Shown here: positions 54,585 through 64,000 of the stretch, piece after piece
How the letters are laid out: every line of letters begins with the position of its first letter
How positions within the stretch are numbered: the stretch's first letter is position 1
Assembly: GCA_964016885.1 (NCBI GenBank)
Contig: OZ024745.1
Location: forward strand, 4,030,001-4,094,000
Source: Eledone cirrhosa
Lineage: Eukaryota
Direction: 5' to 3'
Length of the DNA stretch: 64,000 bases
Translations under genes and position numbers: made by a program
Notes under the pieces: model-generated
Seen by the model: only the letters and a program-made list of their open reading frames with translations
Databases searched by the model: none
Told to the model about the DNA's origin: nothing

Positions 54585-55384
54585 TTAGGTTGGCCAAAAG
54601 TCCGTTTGGTTTTCTTAGTGAAAATAAAACAGTTTTAAACCCAAAACAATTTATTCAATCAATATATTTGCCATTTTGTTCCAGTACCTTCTGCCATCTT
54701 CTAGAAAGACACATTCCTTGTTCAAAGAATTTCCTGTCTTTACTGGCAAAGAACTGTTCCAAACGAATTTTCACATCTGAAGAATTGAAGGAGAAACATC
54801 TCAGTGAAGCCAACTTCCACGTCTGCAAGAAAGTGTGTGGTCTGGCATTGTCTTCATCAAAGACAACACCCTTTTGATTAACAAGTTTGGCAGATCACTG
54901 TTTAATGTATCTAGCTGTTCACAGTGCACATCTAAATTGATGGTCCTGTTTGTGGGAAGACGCTTGTAAAAGACAACACCCTTCCAATGCCACCAAATTG
55001 AAAGCATCTTTGGGTGAAGTCTTTCTTTGGAGGTTGTTTATGGTGACTCTTGGCACTCCTCCAATGATCGTTTTCTCTTCACATTGTTATAGACAATGCA
55101 TTTTTTATCTCCAGTTACCATTGAAATGTTGATACCATTTCTGGCATACGAGAAACAGGTTCCTCTAAAGCTTTCTTATCTGTTTTGAAATAAAAAAAGC
55201 ATGATGTGTCAATAATGTTCATTTTGAGGCTGAAGATAAATTCATAAAATACAACTAGTCTCGTCGGAGTTTCTCTACAATCTAATGAGTGCATACTCAA
55301 AAGGAAAACAGTAAAGTTAGCAACTATGAGAGCACCTGAAATTTAGTATTGGCAAAAACTGAATGGACTTTTTGGCCAACCCAA
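54585..55384 (-). mobile_element. Internally deleted mariner transposon (~800 bp)
   Basis: TIRs TTAGGTTGGCCAAAAGTCC / GGACTTTTTGGCCAACCCAA with TA on both sides. Minus-strand transposase remnants MLSIWWHWKGVVFY...TINLDVHCEQL and EDNARPH. Confidence 0.9.
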
Positions 55385-55549
55385 TATTTCATCACTTTTG
55401 TTCACATGATTACTGTATTGGGGTAGTTAATGTTTCTCAGATAAACGCTGAGGGGAGAGTGAAAGGAGATACAGTATATTGTCAATATTAGTCATATTTA
55501 TTTGTTGCCAATGTTTATGGAAGGTTATGCTGATGCCACAATGAAAATC

Positions 55550-55645
55550 GAGCAGGACATGGTTATTTGACTCTTCTGGCCTCAGCACATGACAACCCAT
55601 CTAACCCATGCAAGTATGGAAAATAGACATTAAACAGTGATTGTA
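55550..55645 (+). mobile_element. RTE-type 3' tail fragment
   Basis: TCTAACCCATGCAAGTATGGAAAATAGACATTAAAC resembles the LINE end at 45149-45185. Confidence 0.6.
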
Positions 55646-55685
55646 ATGAGGGGGACTATATTTTTTATGGTTAAGTTTGAAAAAT

Positions 55686-56822
55686 AAGAGCTGAATACCT
55701 GCAACAAAGTGTGCCCAACTAAAGAACAAGAGCTGACCTGAATAACTGCAACAGAGTGTGCTCAACTAAAGAACAAGAGCTGAATACCTGCAACAGAGTG
55801 TGCTCAACTAAAGAACAAGAGCTGAATACCTGCAACAGTGTGCCCAACTCAAGAACAAGAGTACCTGCAACAGAGTGTGCTCAACTAAAGAACAAGAGCT
55901 GAATACCTGCAACAGAGTGTGCCCAACTAAAGAACAAGAGCTGACCTGAATACCTGCAGCAGAGTGTGCCCAACTAAAGAACAAGAGCTGAATACCTGCA
56001 ACAGTGTGTGCCCAACTAAAGAACAAGAGCTGAATACCTGCAACAGAGTGTGCCCAACTAAAGAACAAGAGCTGAATACCTGCAGCAGAGTGTGCCCAAC
56101 TAAAGAACAAGAGCTGAATACCTGCAACAGAGTGTGCTCAACTAAAGAACAAGAGCTGAATACCTGCAACAGAGTGTGCCCAACTAAAGAACAAGAGCTG
56201 AATACCTGCAACAGAGTGTGCTCAACTAAAGAACAAGAGCTGAATACCTGCAACAGAGTGTGCTCAACTAAAGAACAAGAGCTGAATATCTGCAACAGTG
56301 TGCCCAACTCAAGAACAAGAGCTGAATACCTGCAACAGAGTGTGCCCAACTAAAGAACAAGAGCTGACCTGAATACCTGCAGCAGAGTGTGCCCAACTAA
56401 AGAACAAGAGCTGAATACCTGCAACAGAGTGTGCTCAACTAAAGAACAAGAGCTGAATACCTGCAACAGTGTGTGCCCAACTAAAGAACAAGAGCTGAAT
56501 ACCTGCAGCAGAGTGTGCCCAACTAAAGAACAAGAGCTGAATACCTGCAACAGAGTGTGCCCAACTAAAGAACAAGAGCTGAATACCTGCAACAGAGTGT
56601 GCTCAACTAAAGAACAAGAGCTGAATACCTGCAACAGAGTGTGCTCAATTAAAGAACAAGAGCTGAATACCTGCAACAGAGTGTGCTCAACTCAAGAACA
56701 AGAGCTGAATACCTGCAACAGAGTGTGCCCAACTCAAGAACAAGACCTGAATACCTGCAACAGAGTGTGCTCAACTAAAGAACAAGAGCTGAATACCTGC
56801 AACAGAGTGTGCCCAACTAAAA
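55686..56822. repeat. 42-bp minisatellite (~27 copies), intronic
   Basis: Unit AAGAGCTGAATACCTGCAACAGAGTGTGCCCAACTAAAGAAC. Confidence 0.97.
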
Positions 56823-56904
56823 AGCACCCAAAGGAAATGCGCTGATGTTTACCAGCTTAAAATAGATCATTTTGAGAAGCTTCTACAATTTCACTGACAA
56901 GAGT

Positions 56905-56987
56905 AGAAAAACACTCAAGGTGTGCAGTGGAATTGAACCTGAAACCAAAGCTACAAAGTGAACTTCTTAACCACACAGCCATGCCTA
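56905..56987 (-). mobile_element. SINE head fragment
   Basis: The minus strand reads AGGCATGGCTGTGTGGTTAAGAAGTTC...CAGGTTCAATTCCACTG (A/B-box-like). Confidence 0.6.
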
Positions 56988-57020
56988 TAATTTTACTCCT
57001 ATTCAAAGTATATCCTTTAA

Positions 57021-57196
57021 CCCTTTAGCTACCACCCCGGTTTGGTTCTATGAAATAAAACCACCCAATTTAAATTAGTCTTCCAACATAATTTTATATA
57101 AGAACATTACATTAAGTTACTATCTTAGTAAATCCCTCAAAATTCTTCATTACTTAATTAAAATAGTATTTCATTAGAAATGCAGTGATGAAAGGG
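57021..57196. mobile_element. piggyBac-type MITE
   Basis: TTAA|CCCTTT ... AAAGGG|TTAA. Confidence 0.6.
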
Positions 57197-57248
57197 TTAA
57201 TTACATCTGTCACATGTAGTCATTATTTTATTTTATTTATCCTTTCAG

Positions 57249-57443
57249 GTACAACAGATTGTGATGAATCAAACTAGTATGGGAATGCGACACAGAGATA
57301 GGTCAACAACTGGGAATGTCAATAAAGGAGTTAGCTCTGCTCTGTCAACCTTCTTCTTTGGTCCAGATGCTAAGAAGAAGCTAACTGTCGAAAACTTTCT
57401 TGATTTCCAGTTACAGCTACAACGAGAAATATTGCAAATCGAG
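57249..57443 (+). CDS. MICU1: MICU1 exon
   Basis: 195 nt: [65 protein letters not shown], containing the [10 protein letters not shown] signature. Confidence 0.97.
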
Positions 57444-57719
57444 GTATTAAATTTTTTAAGTTATCCATCCATCATTTCACAGGGCATATTGTTAGAGATA
57501 ATCAAGAGAACAGAATGTAACTACGGTTAAATGCTAAAAAAAAACTTACTATACAAGCATGTGGTCCTAGGGTCTGTATAGCTTCTAATGTAGTTTCAGT
57601 GAAATTTGGCTGATGGAAACTGCAGAAGCCCGTTATAGATATATGGAATATTCAGCACACGCAATGAGTAGGTAGTTCCATTACTAGAACTGGAACATAT
57701 ATTATAGAAAATTGATTTC

Positions 57720-58200
57720 CTGCATGTGCTTTGCTGTTAGGTATGTTTCTTCTTACACCTGGGAGGGCAGATCAGAAGCAACTGTCTCCAAGTGTTGGTT
57801 TTGCTTATGAAATCTATCCAGCAATTCTGATGTGCCCATAGTACGAGCGGTGCTGTGATCTCTCAATTCGGAGAAGTAGCAGCTCTACCCCTAATCTCCA
57901 AGCCACACTCTCTTACGCAAAAGACCCTTCACCCAAAATTCATGAATACCAAACCGAAGATAACAAGTTTGACTTTTACACCTACCTCCCTTCTGATGAC
58001 CGAAGCTGGTACATTGCAATTCTTGTACTTACACGTGAAAACACCCGAGATACTTCTCCACCTACTTCAATGGAATTGTGAATCCTTGCTAAACTTGGTC
58101 ACAATCTTCTGATTAGCCTCTCAGCCAATAAAGATTGGACAGGTGTTCACAGATCGAGTCTCTTCAACTCTCTATATATGATTATGATACCAGCACAAGT
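57720..58200 (-). mobile_element. Highly decayed LINE fragment
   Basis: Minus-strand remnants resemble KYLG and RxxYYGHIR motifs of RTE-like ORF2. Confidence 0.4.
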
Positions 58201-58306
58201 GAGGTTGTTGTCTTTGACACAGCTGAAGAGTCCTGATCCCTAGTTTAGTAATGAGATTTATTTTGTTAAACGAGTTAAAAAAAAAAAAGTCCTTATATTT
58301 CCATAG

Positions 58307-58456
58307 TTTGAAAGGTTTGTCACCGAACCAGGACCCAATGCTACAATCAAAGAAAAAGAATTTGGTGCAATTTTGTTAGCATATGCTGGGCTTTCCGATA
58401 ACAAAAAGGTTCGAATGTTGAAGAGAGTGAAGAAAACCTTTAAAGACAACTCTAAG
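58307..58456 (+). CDS. MICU1: MICU1 exon
   Basis: 150 nt: FERFVTEPGPNATIKEKEFGAILLAYAGLSDNKKVRMLKRVKKTFKDNSK. Confidence 0.94.
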
Positions 58457-58651
58457 GTAAGATCATTTATCTATACACTACTAAAACTCTGATTATGTGC
58501 TTGTCTGTAATTTAATGCAGCCAAAATACTTTGAAAGGAAGTTGCCCCTGAAATGGGAAGAAAACAAATTTTTTCTGGTGGTGTTGAAGATATATATATA
58601 TGGGCCTTCCAATTTTATATATCACAGCTATTATCAACTGGATCATTTCAG

Positions 58652-58760
58652 GGTATCACTTTAAATGAATACATTGACTTCTGGAAGTTTCTCAAGAGCA
58701 TCAATGATGTTGATACTGCCCTAAGTTTCTATCATCTTGCTGGTGTTTCTATAGACAAAG
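58652..58760 (+). CDS. MICU1: MICU1 exon
   Basis: 109 nt: GITLNEYIDFWKFLKSINDVDTALSFYHLAGVSIDK. Confidence 0.97.
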
Positions 58761-58980
58761 GTAAGTTTTTTTTCTTTTAAACCACAGATGACAACACTTG
58801 TAAGGGAGAGATATTAGGTGTGTTTGTTGTGTAATATTCTGCCTAAACAGTAGGGAGAGAATTTCAGAGGACATTATTAATAAGAGTCAGGGCATGTCTT
58901 AGTGTGTGTGTAACAGCAGCTCTGAGATGTTGTTAAAGGTATGTTTTCTTCGATATGAAAAAGGGACAATAAACGATGAT

Positions 58981-59043
58981 AGGTTAACTTTGTCTTTCAT
59001 CCTTACAGGGTCGATAAAATAAAGTACCAGTAATGCACTGGGT
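58981..59043 (+). mobile_element. SINE central fragment (family of 39668-39853)
   Basis: AGGTTAACTTTGTCTTTCATCCTTACAGGGTCGATAAAATAAAGTACCAGTAATG. Confidence 0.75.
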
Positions 59044-59566
59044 TATTGCTGTTGAAAAGAGTTGAACATAAATCAAAAACTTCAATGTGATCATGTCATG
59101 TCAGTACAGACTTGTGAAGTATTTACGTTGTATAAAGTGAACCTTAGAGCACACCATAATCTTGTGCGAGTCAGACAGGAAGCAATAGCTGGGCAAGGTG
59201 TGCTAATATCAAGAACAGCAAACTTCCGTGGGAAGAGAGGGTCGGAGAATATCATTAATGGCCATCTCCATTACTGTTGAGGCATTGGAAGTGTAATAGG
59301 ACAATACCTGGAACCATGCTACAGTGTATCTATAGAGGGGAGATGTTTCGGTACAGCAGGGACGAGCTCTGGAGGTATCCCAAAGTATTTTCGATTGTCA
59401 GTTATGTCTTATAATCTAAGTAAATAACATTTTCAATATGTATGTTTGGGAAGAGAATGAACTCCAATACATACATAACTTGGGGGGGGGCATGACATGA
59501 TAAAAAAAGTTGAAATACACCAGTTTACTGATGTTAGCAGAATAATCTTATGAAATTCTTTTCCAG

Positions 59567-59656
59567 AAACTTTGAAACATGTTGCCAAGACAGTGGCCAA
59601 CGTACAACTAACCGATCATCTTCTTCATTTAGTCTTCACTCTATTCGATGAAAACA
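59567..59656 (+). CDS. MICU1: MICU1 exon
   Basis: 90 nt: (E)TLKHVAKTVANVQLTDHLLHLVFTLFDEN. Confidence 0.95.
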
Positions 59657-59742
59657 GTAAGTTCTACTTAATTCTCTTATGCTATTGAATGTTATTTAAA
59701 TATCATTACACATTTGTTAGCCAAAAATCTTTGTAATTGTAG

Positions 59743-59894
59743 ATGATGGTCAACTGAGCAACAAGGAGTTTGTACATGTTATGAAGCAACGAGTAATGCG
59801 AGGATTAGAAAAACCGAAAGACACTGGTTTTGTAAAATTGATAAACGCCATGATGAAATGTGCAGTAAATCAAACTACAAGCATGTTTGATTAA
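59743..59894 (+). CDS. MICU1: MICU1 terminal coding exon (C-terminal EF-hand, stop)
   Basis: (N)[49 protein letters not shown]; retains the C-terminal Cys equivalent to the one used for MICU dimer disulfides. Confidence 0.96.
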
Positions 59895-60025
59895 ATCTTT
59901 TGCAGTTTACATACTAATTGCAATATTTCAGCCAAGAGTTTACCAAGCTTGCTCCTAATAATATCACTCATAATTTTATCTTCCTGCATTGCTTTGTAAG
60001 TAATTTACTGAAATTTTACATTTTG

Positions 60026-60078
60026 AATAAAAAAAAAAATTAAAAAAACCCTTTCGAAATTTACTCAAACTGAATAAA
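60026..60078 (+). terminator. Candidate MICU1 polyadenylation signals
   Basis: AATAAA at 60026-60031 and 60073-60078, followed by T/GT-rich sequence. Confidence 0.5.
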
Positions 60079-61072
60079 ATTTGTTTAATCTATTGAAGTA
60101 TTCTGTATTTTTTGGGGATTAAAAATGATCACTTTTAGCTGGCAGTCACGCTAGGAAACAACTAATATTCCTGATCACCAACTTGACCCCTCAAGCCAAT
60201 GTTTCTTTACTAGTCTCAACTCCACTATATTTCTATCAAATATGCCAAAATTTCTGCAATGAAACATTGAGGGGGCATTAATATATAAAGTTTCACACTG
60301 TCGTACGTGGATGCACGTGTTCAAATTCAAATCCTGCATAGTACAAAGACTTGTATATTTTACTATCTTTAATTGGAAAGATTCAATGAGAGGGTTGGTT
60401 TTGGTGGCTTGAGGAAAACTAAAAAATTATGGCTTGTTTGTCCATTGAATTATAAGACTCCTTCAACCACAGCAGTACAAGTGAAATACTAAAGCTAATT
60501 TTCTATATTTTCATGGAAATTGTTCTGATGAGTAAACAATGGAGTACCAAATGTACAGCTCAGCTAGGTCCCATTGCATAACTCCTTGCATTCTAGTAAG
60601 TTTTATATAGCCTTGCATGCACTGAGTAAATTAAAAAATGTTTTTAGCTATACAACTTACGCATCAACAAGTCCTAGAAGTAAATAAGCTCACATTGCAT
60701 AAATTTCTCTAAAAGTTGACTCCGATACTATGGACATCTGGCTAGACAGACTGTATGGGCATACTCCAAGCAAGATGGTTGGATAGCATCCATGAGCCTG
60801 GCTGATCTTGCTTGGGGATGCTTCTGGAGAGAGTGTTTGAGGACTTTGCCCCCATAACCCTCTCAGAAATAAGTGGGTGAAGAAGAAGACAAACAAAAAG
60901 GCTGGTTCAATAGTAAAAGCTTTTATACATAAAAGATGTTACATTGAAATTTCTAAGATGATAGATCTAGCAATTAGGAAAAAATTGTTCATAAAATGGT
61001 GGTGATGAAATTTGAGGTGTGGATTATTTTAAAGCAGCTTCAGTGGCACAGAGTATGCTCAAAAAAACTAGT

Positions 61073-61128
61073 TTACATTTTTGGAGTTGCATAATTAGCA
61101 ACACTACCACCCACTGCCGTCACCCCAA
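61073..61128 (-). CDS. Possible alternative terminal exon of the hnRNP F/H gene
   Basis: Acceptor ATCCAG; in phase 1 it reads (V)GVTAVGGSVANYATPKM* if spliced from the G|GTGAAT donor at 61434. Confidence 0.4.
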
Positions 61129-61416
61129 CTGGATGGATGATTCTTAATGCATTATTAAAAAGAAAAAGTACTCTCAAGATTCATGGCAAAATCTTTCCTC
61201 CCCCTCACCTATGGTAATGAATATGAAATGTGCTCTAGATTCTGAAACAAAACCTTACCATGAAGTCACTTATCTGAAAGTCTTACTCAAAATGTTTTTT
61301 TTTTCAAATGATGCATTGATGTAATTTGTCTTAGGTTTAGAATCTACTCCCTCATGTCATTTACAAATTCCCAATAGTCAATCTTCACTCAGGCAAGGTG
61401 TTTTGTACAAGCCAAA

Positions 61417-61532
61417 TCAAACCCAAAATTCACCACCATAATTGTTCATCCCACCTCCCATCCCACCACCCATACCCCCTCCCATACCTCCACCCATGCC
61501 ACCGCCGCCGCTGTTGAAGTCAGACATGAAAT
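61417..61532 (-). CDS. HNRNPH1: hnRNP F/H family, Gly-rich C-terminal exon
   Basis: (N)FMSDFNSGGGGMGGGMGGGMGGGMGGGMNNYGG, then either EFWV* (stop 61417-61419) or a splice at 61434. Confidence 0.75.
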
Positions 61533-61643
61533 CTGAAAGAGAAGAAATGTAACCTTAATGTTTTTAATTGATAAAATATTCTTAATGGAAAAAATTGAAA
61601 TAGAAAAGCACCGAAGTGCTAATAAGATGTAATATATACTTAC

Positions 61644-61838
61644 TGCCACCGTAGTTATTCATTCCACCACCCATGCCACCGCCGCCTCCCATTCCACCAC
61701 CACCCATGCCACCTCCAATTCCACCAAAGCGGCCACTGCCCATGGGACCATCACCATAACCACCGCCAACACCACCACCACCATCTCCACCACGGCCATC
61801 AGGAGTAGAGTTCAAGAACAGTTCTATATAACGATCCT
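61644..61838 (-). CDS. HNRNPH1: hnRNP F/H family exon (end of qRRM3 plus Gly-rich region)
   Basis: 195 nt: (Q)DRYIELFLNSTPDGRGGDGGG...MNNYGG. Confidence 0.92.
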
Positions 61839-61924
61839 CTGAAGAAATAAAGAAAAGAAACAAATAAATAAATTCAAGAATATTAAATAGAAACAAGATG
61901 AGTGAGGTTAAGAAATTAACTTAC

Positions 61925-62057
61925 GAATGTAATTTTTGTGTCTTTCCATGGAAGAAACAGCATCTTGATGAGAACTGAAGTCAACATCAGCTTCTCCAGT
62001 TGGCCTGTTATTTCTATATTCAAATTCTATCCTAATTGGATCTAATGGCCTGAAGAA
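61925..62057 (-). CDS. HNRNPH1: hnRNP F/H family exon (qRRM3)
   Basis: 133 nt: FFRPLDPIRIEFEYRNNRPTGEADVDFSSHQDAVSSMERHKNYI. Confidence 0.93.
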
Positions 62058-62141
62058 CTGCAAATAACAAGTAAAGTTGTATAATTATAAATTATGCACA
62101 TATACAAATTTAAAACAAGTTTGACCAATATGTATACTTAC

Positions 62142-62371
62142 ATCTCTGATATCCTGTTCAATTGCTTGGAATGGTAACCCTCTCATGTGTACTGAATGAC
62201 CAGATTTACTGACATACATACTGCCAGGAGTTGCACCCTTTGGTCTTGCAAAAGATCCTTGTAATCGACCTCTAGTTTGAGGACGAAGAGTACCTCTCCT
62301 GTTGATTCCACCAAAACCCATTCCACCGCCATAACCACCTCCATACTCATCATAGTCATCCTCAAAAAATC
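62142..62371 (-). CDS. HNRNPH1: hnRNP F/H family exon (GYR linker, start of qRRM3)
   Basis: 230 nt: (G)FFEDDYDEYGGG...SKSGHSVHMRGLPFQAIEQDIRD. Confidence 0.94.
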
Positions 62372-62461
62372 CTACAAATATAAATATAAATATATACAAT
62401 AAAAACAGTTCCATTTTACATATTTAACAGTAATCAAAACTATTATATATAAAACACTCAC

Positions 62462-62667
62462 CTTTGACATTGCGCCCACCTCTTCCTCGACCATAACCAC
62501 CAGCAGCAAATCCACCACCACCCATGGCGTTCATACTACCACCAAAACGATCGTTTCTATCATATGGACCAGGCCTATTACCAGCCATAAATCCTAGATT
62601 ACGCTGCCGTGGTGGACCAACATTTGCATAAGCCTCTTGCAATGTACTCGGAAATATTTCAATATAT
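62462..62667 (-). CDS. HNRNPH1: hnRNP F/H family exon (end of qRRM2, RPGPYDR motif)
   Basis: 206 nt: (R)YIEIFPSTLQEAY...NRPGPYDRNDRFGG...GRNVK. Confidence 0.94.
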
Positions 62668-62923
62668 CTAAAATAAGAGAAGATTTATATTAAAACTTGC
62701 ACAATGCTTAAAAATATGCAAAGAAAATATTCCCAATTATACAGAGGATACTGAAACTTGGCCAATAAAAATTATATTGATTATAAATTGAAATTATTTA
62801 ATATTCAGTATCCTGTGTATTAAATAATGGGAAAATAAAGAAAACTGAAAAAACCCATTCACACATCATCTACACACTAGACACTAAATTAAACCATGTT
62901 ATATTGCCACTGTTGTACTAAGG

Positions 62924-63452
62924 AGCTCATTCAGCCAAAACCCTTAATACTAGGGAGATTTCAATGATCAAGCCTGAGAATTCAGAAACATTAGGCTAAG
63001 ATTTTTTTCTTCTTTTCTTTTAAATCATATTTACAAAAATGTTTTCAGGAAAACATCCAAATGACCCACCAACCAAATAAAGCTAACCTTCAAGCTTGAT
63101 CAAATCAAAAACTCCGTAAAGACATCTAATTTCAAACGGAAATGCCCAAATGCCTCAAACTAGAATTTTAAATCTGTTAGAATACACATCAGAAATACTC
63201 CTGCCAAGGAGGCACCAGCCTCAATTTCATTTTAATCATTTCTTATACAAATGTATTAAATATATCCATTAGAAAATTGACGGTATACACCAACAGTCAA
63301 GGTAACAGTCCGTAAATATAGCTAACTGAAAATATGCCAATCTACATGAATTTTATCCAGTTCAATTTGCCCGTTAAGTCAATTTTTCAAAACCTTGGGC
63401 AAAAATATAATTTTCAAAAGATACAGATCACTAAATATAGGCTGAATGAGCT
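62924..63452. mobile_element. Putative MITE with 13-bp TIRs in an hnRNP intron
   Basis: AGCTCATTCAGCC (62924-36) / GGCTGAATGAGCT (63440-52); the TSD is not clean. Confidence 0.45.
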
Positions 63453-63835
63453 TTTACATATAAATTACAATATTTAGTCTTAAAAACCCATCTTAATAAA
63501 TTATTGAAAATTTAGTCTACAATGATGATAATACAAAAATTACAGAACTTTATAGAAAAAAAAAAAATTAAAAAAAATAAAAAAATCAATACACAAAGAA
63601 AAATGCTTTTTATTAGAAATAATTAAAAGTTAAGGGCAAATTACAAGCCAACCAAAATTTTAATCAAAAAGTTTCAATTTAATAAAAAGATTTTTAAAAA
63701 AAAAACATTTTTCCAGTGTGCAAATTTATCCCAATATAAATTATTAAAAAAGAATTAAAAAATTAATTCAGTCATTCAAACTCAGCACACAAACCAACAA
63801 TAGATAAGCCCCAACAGGCCCATCCGTCCTCCCAC

Positions 63836-63974
63836 CTGTGCCCCAGTCTTGCCATGTGTTTATCCAATGCTTTTTTGGCTATTTCTGGTGATGCATACTG
63901 TACATAGGCCTCCCCCGTGCTGCGCCCCTGTCGGTCCTCAGGTAGCATAATCCCATTGGGAACAATCTCCAGCC
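63836..63974 (-). CDS. HNRNPH1: hnRNP F/H family 139-nt exon (qRRM2); upstream exons lie beyond the window
   Basis: (G)[45 protein letters not shown](R); acceptor GTGTAG, donor CAG|GTGGGA. The symbol denotes the invertebrate co-orthologue of vertebrate F/H genes. Confidence 0.95.
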
Positions 63975-64000
63975 CTACACACCCGTCCCAATCAGAAAGA

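Noticed and set aside
53081-56845. Cys-rich repeat ORFs (WCYSSVDRIV, VLQQCRQDC, TKEQELNTCNRVCP) as keratin-associated or metallothionein-like proteins
   Set aside because: 30- and 42-bp intronic minisatellites whose unit lengths are multiples of three; open in several frames and broken by 2-nt indels.

Overview
AT-rich eukaryotic genomic DNA, most likely an octopod cephalopod (inferred from the tRNA-derived SINE families, RTE-type LINE tails and dense (TA)n microsatellites). The first ~52.8 kb contains no recognisable host exon. It is dominated by tandem arrays: 64-bp (~20.9 kb, with ~3-kb higher-order repeats), 41-bp, 68-bp and 28-bp satellites plus smaller minisatellites. It also holds nested mobile DNA: a 3.7-kb non-coding insertion obeying Helitron terminal rules and carrying a perfect 213-bp inverted repeat, a 5'-truncated RTE LINE, SINEs, MITEs, and short (TA)n-embedded hairpin elements carrying minimal hammerhead-ribozyme folds, two with a U3:A8 variant core. 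The last 11 kb holds the seven 3' coding exons of MICU1 (+ strand, 52861-59894). Tail-to-tail with it are the 3' exons of an hnRNP F/H family gene (- strand), including a 139-nt exon flanked by G-runs that resembles the autoregulated exon of vertebrate HNRNPH1. Most ORF-track entries are repeat artefacts. All coordinates were counted by eye and no database searches were run.
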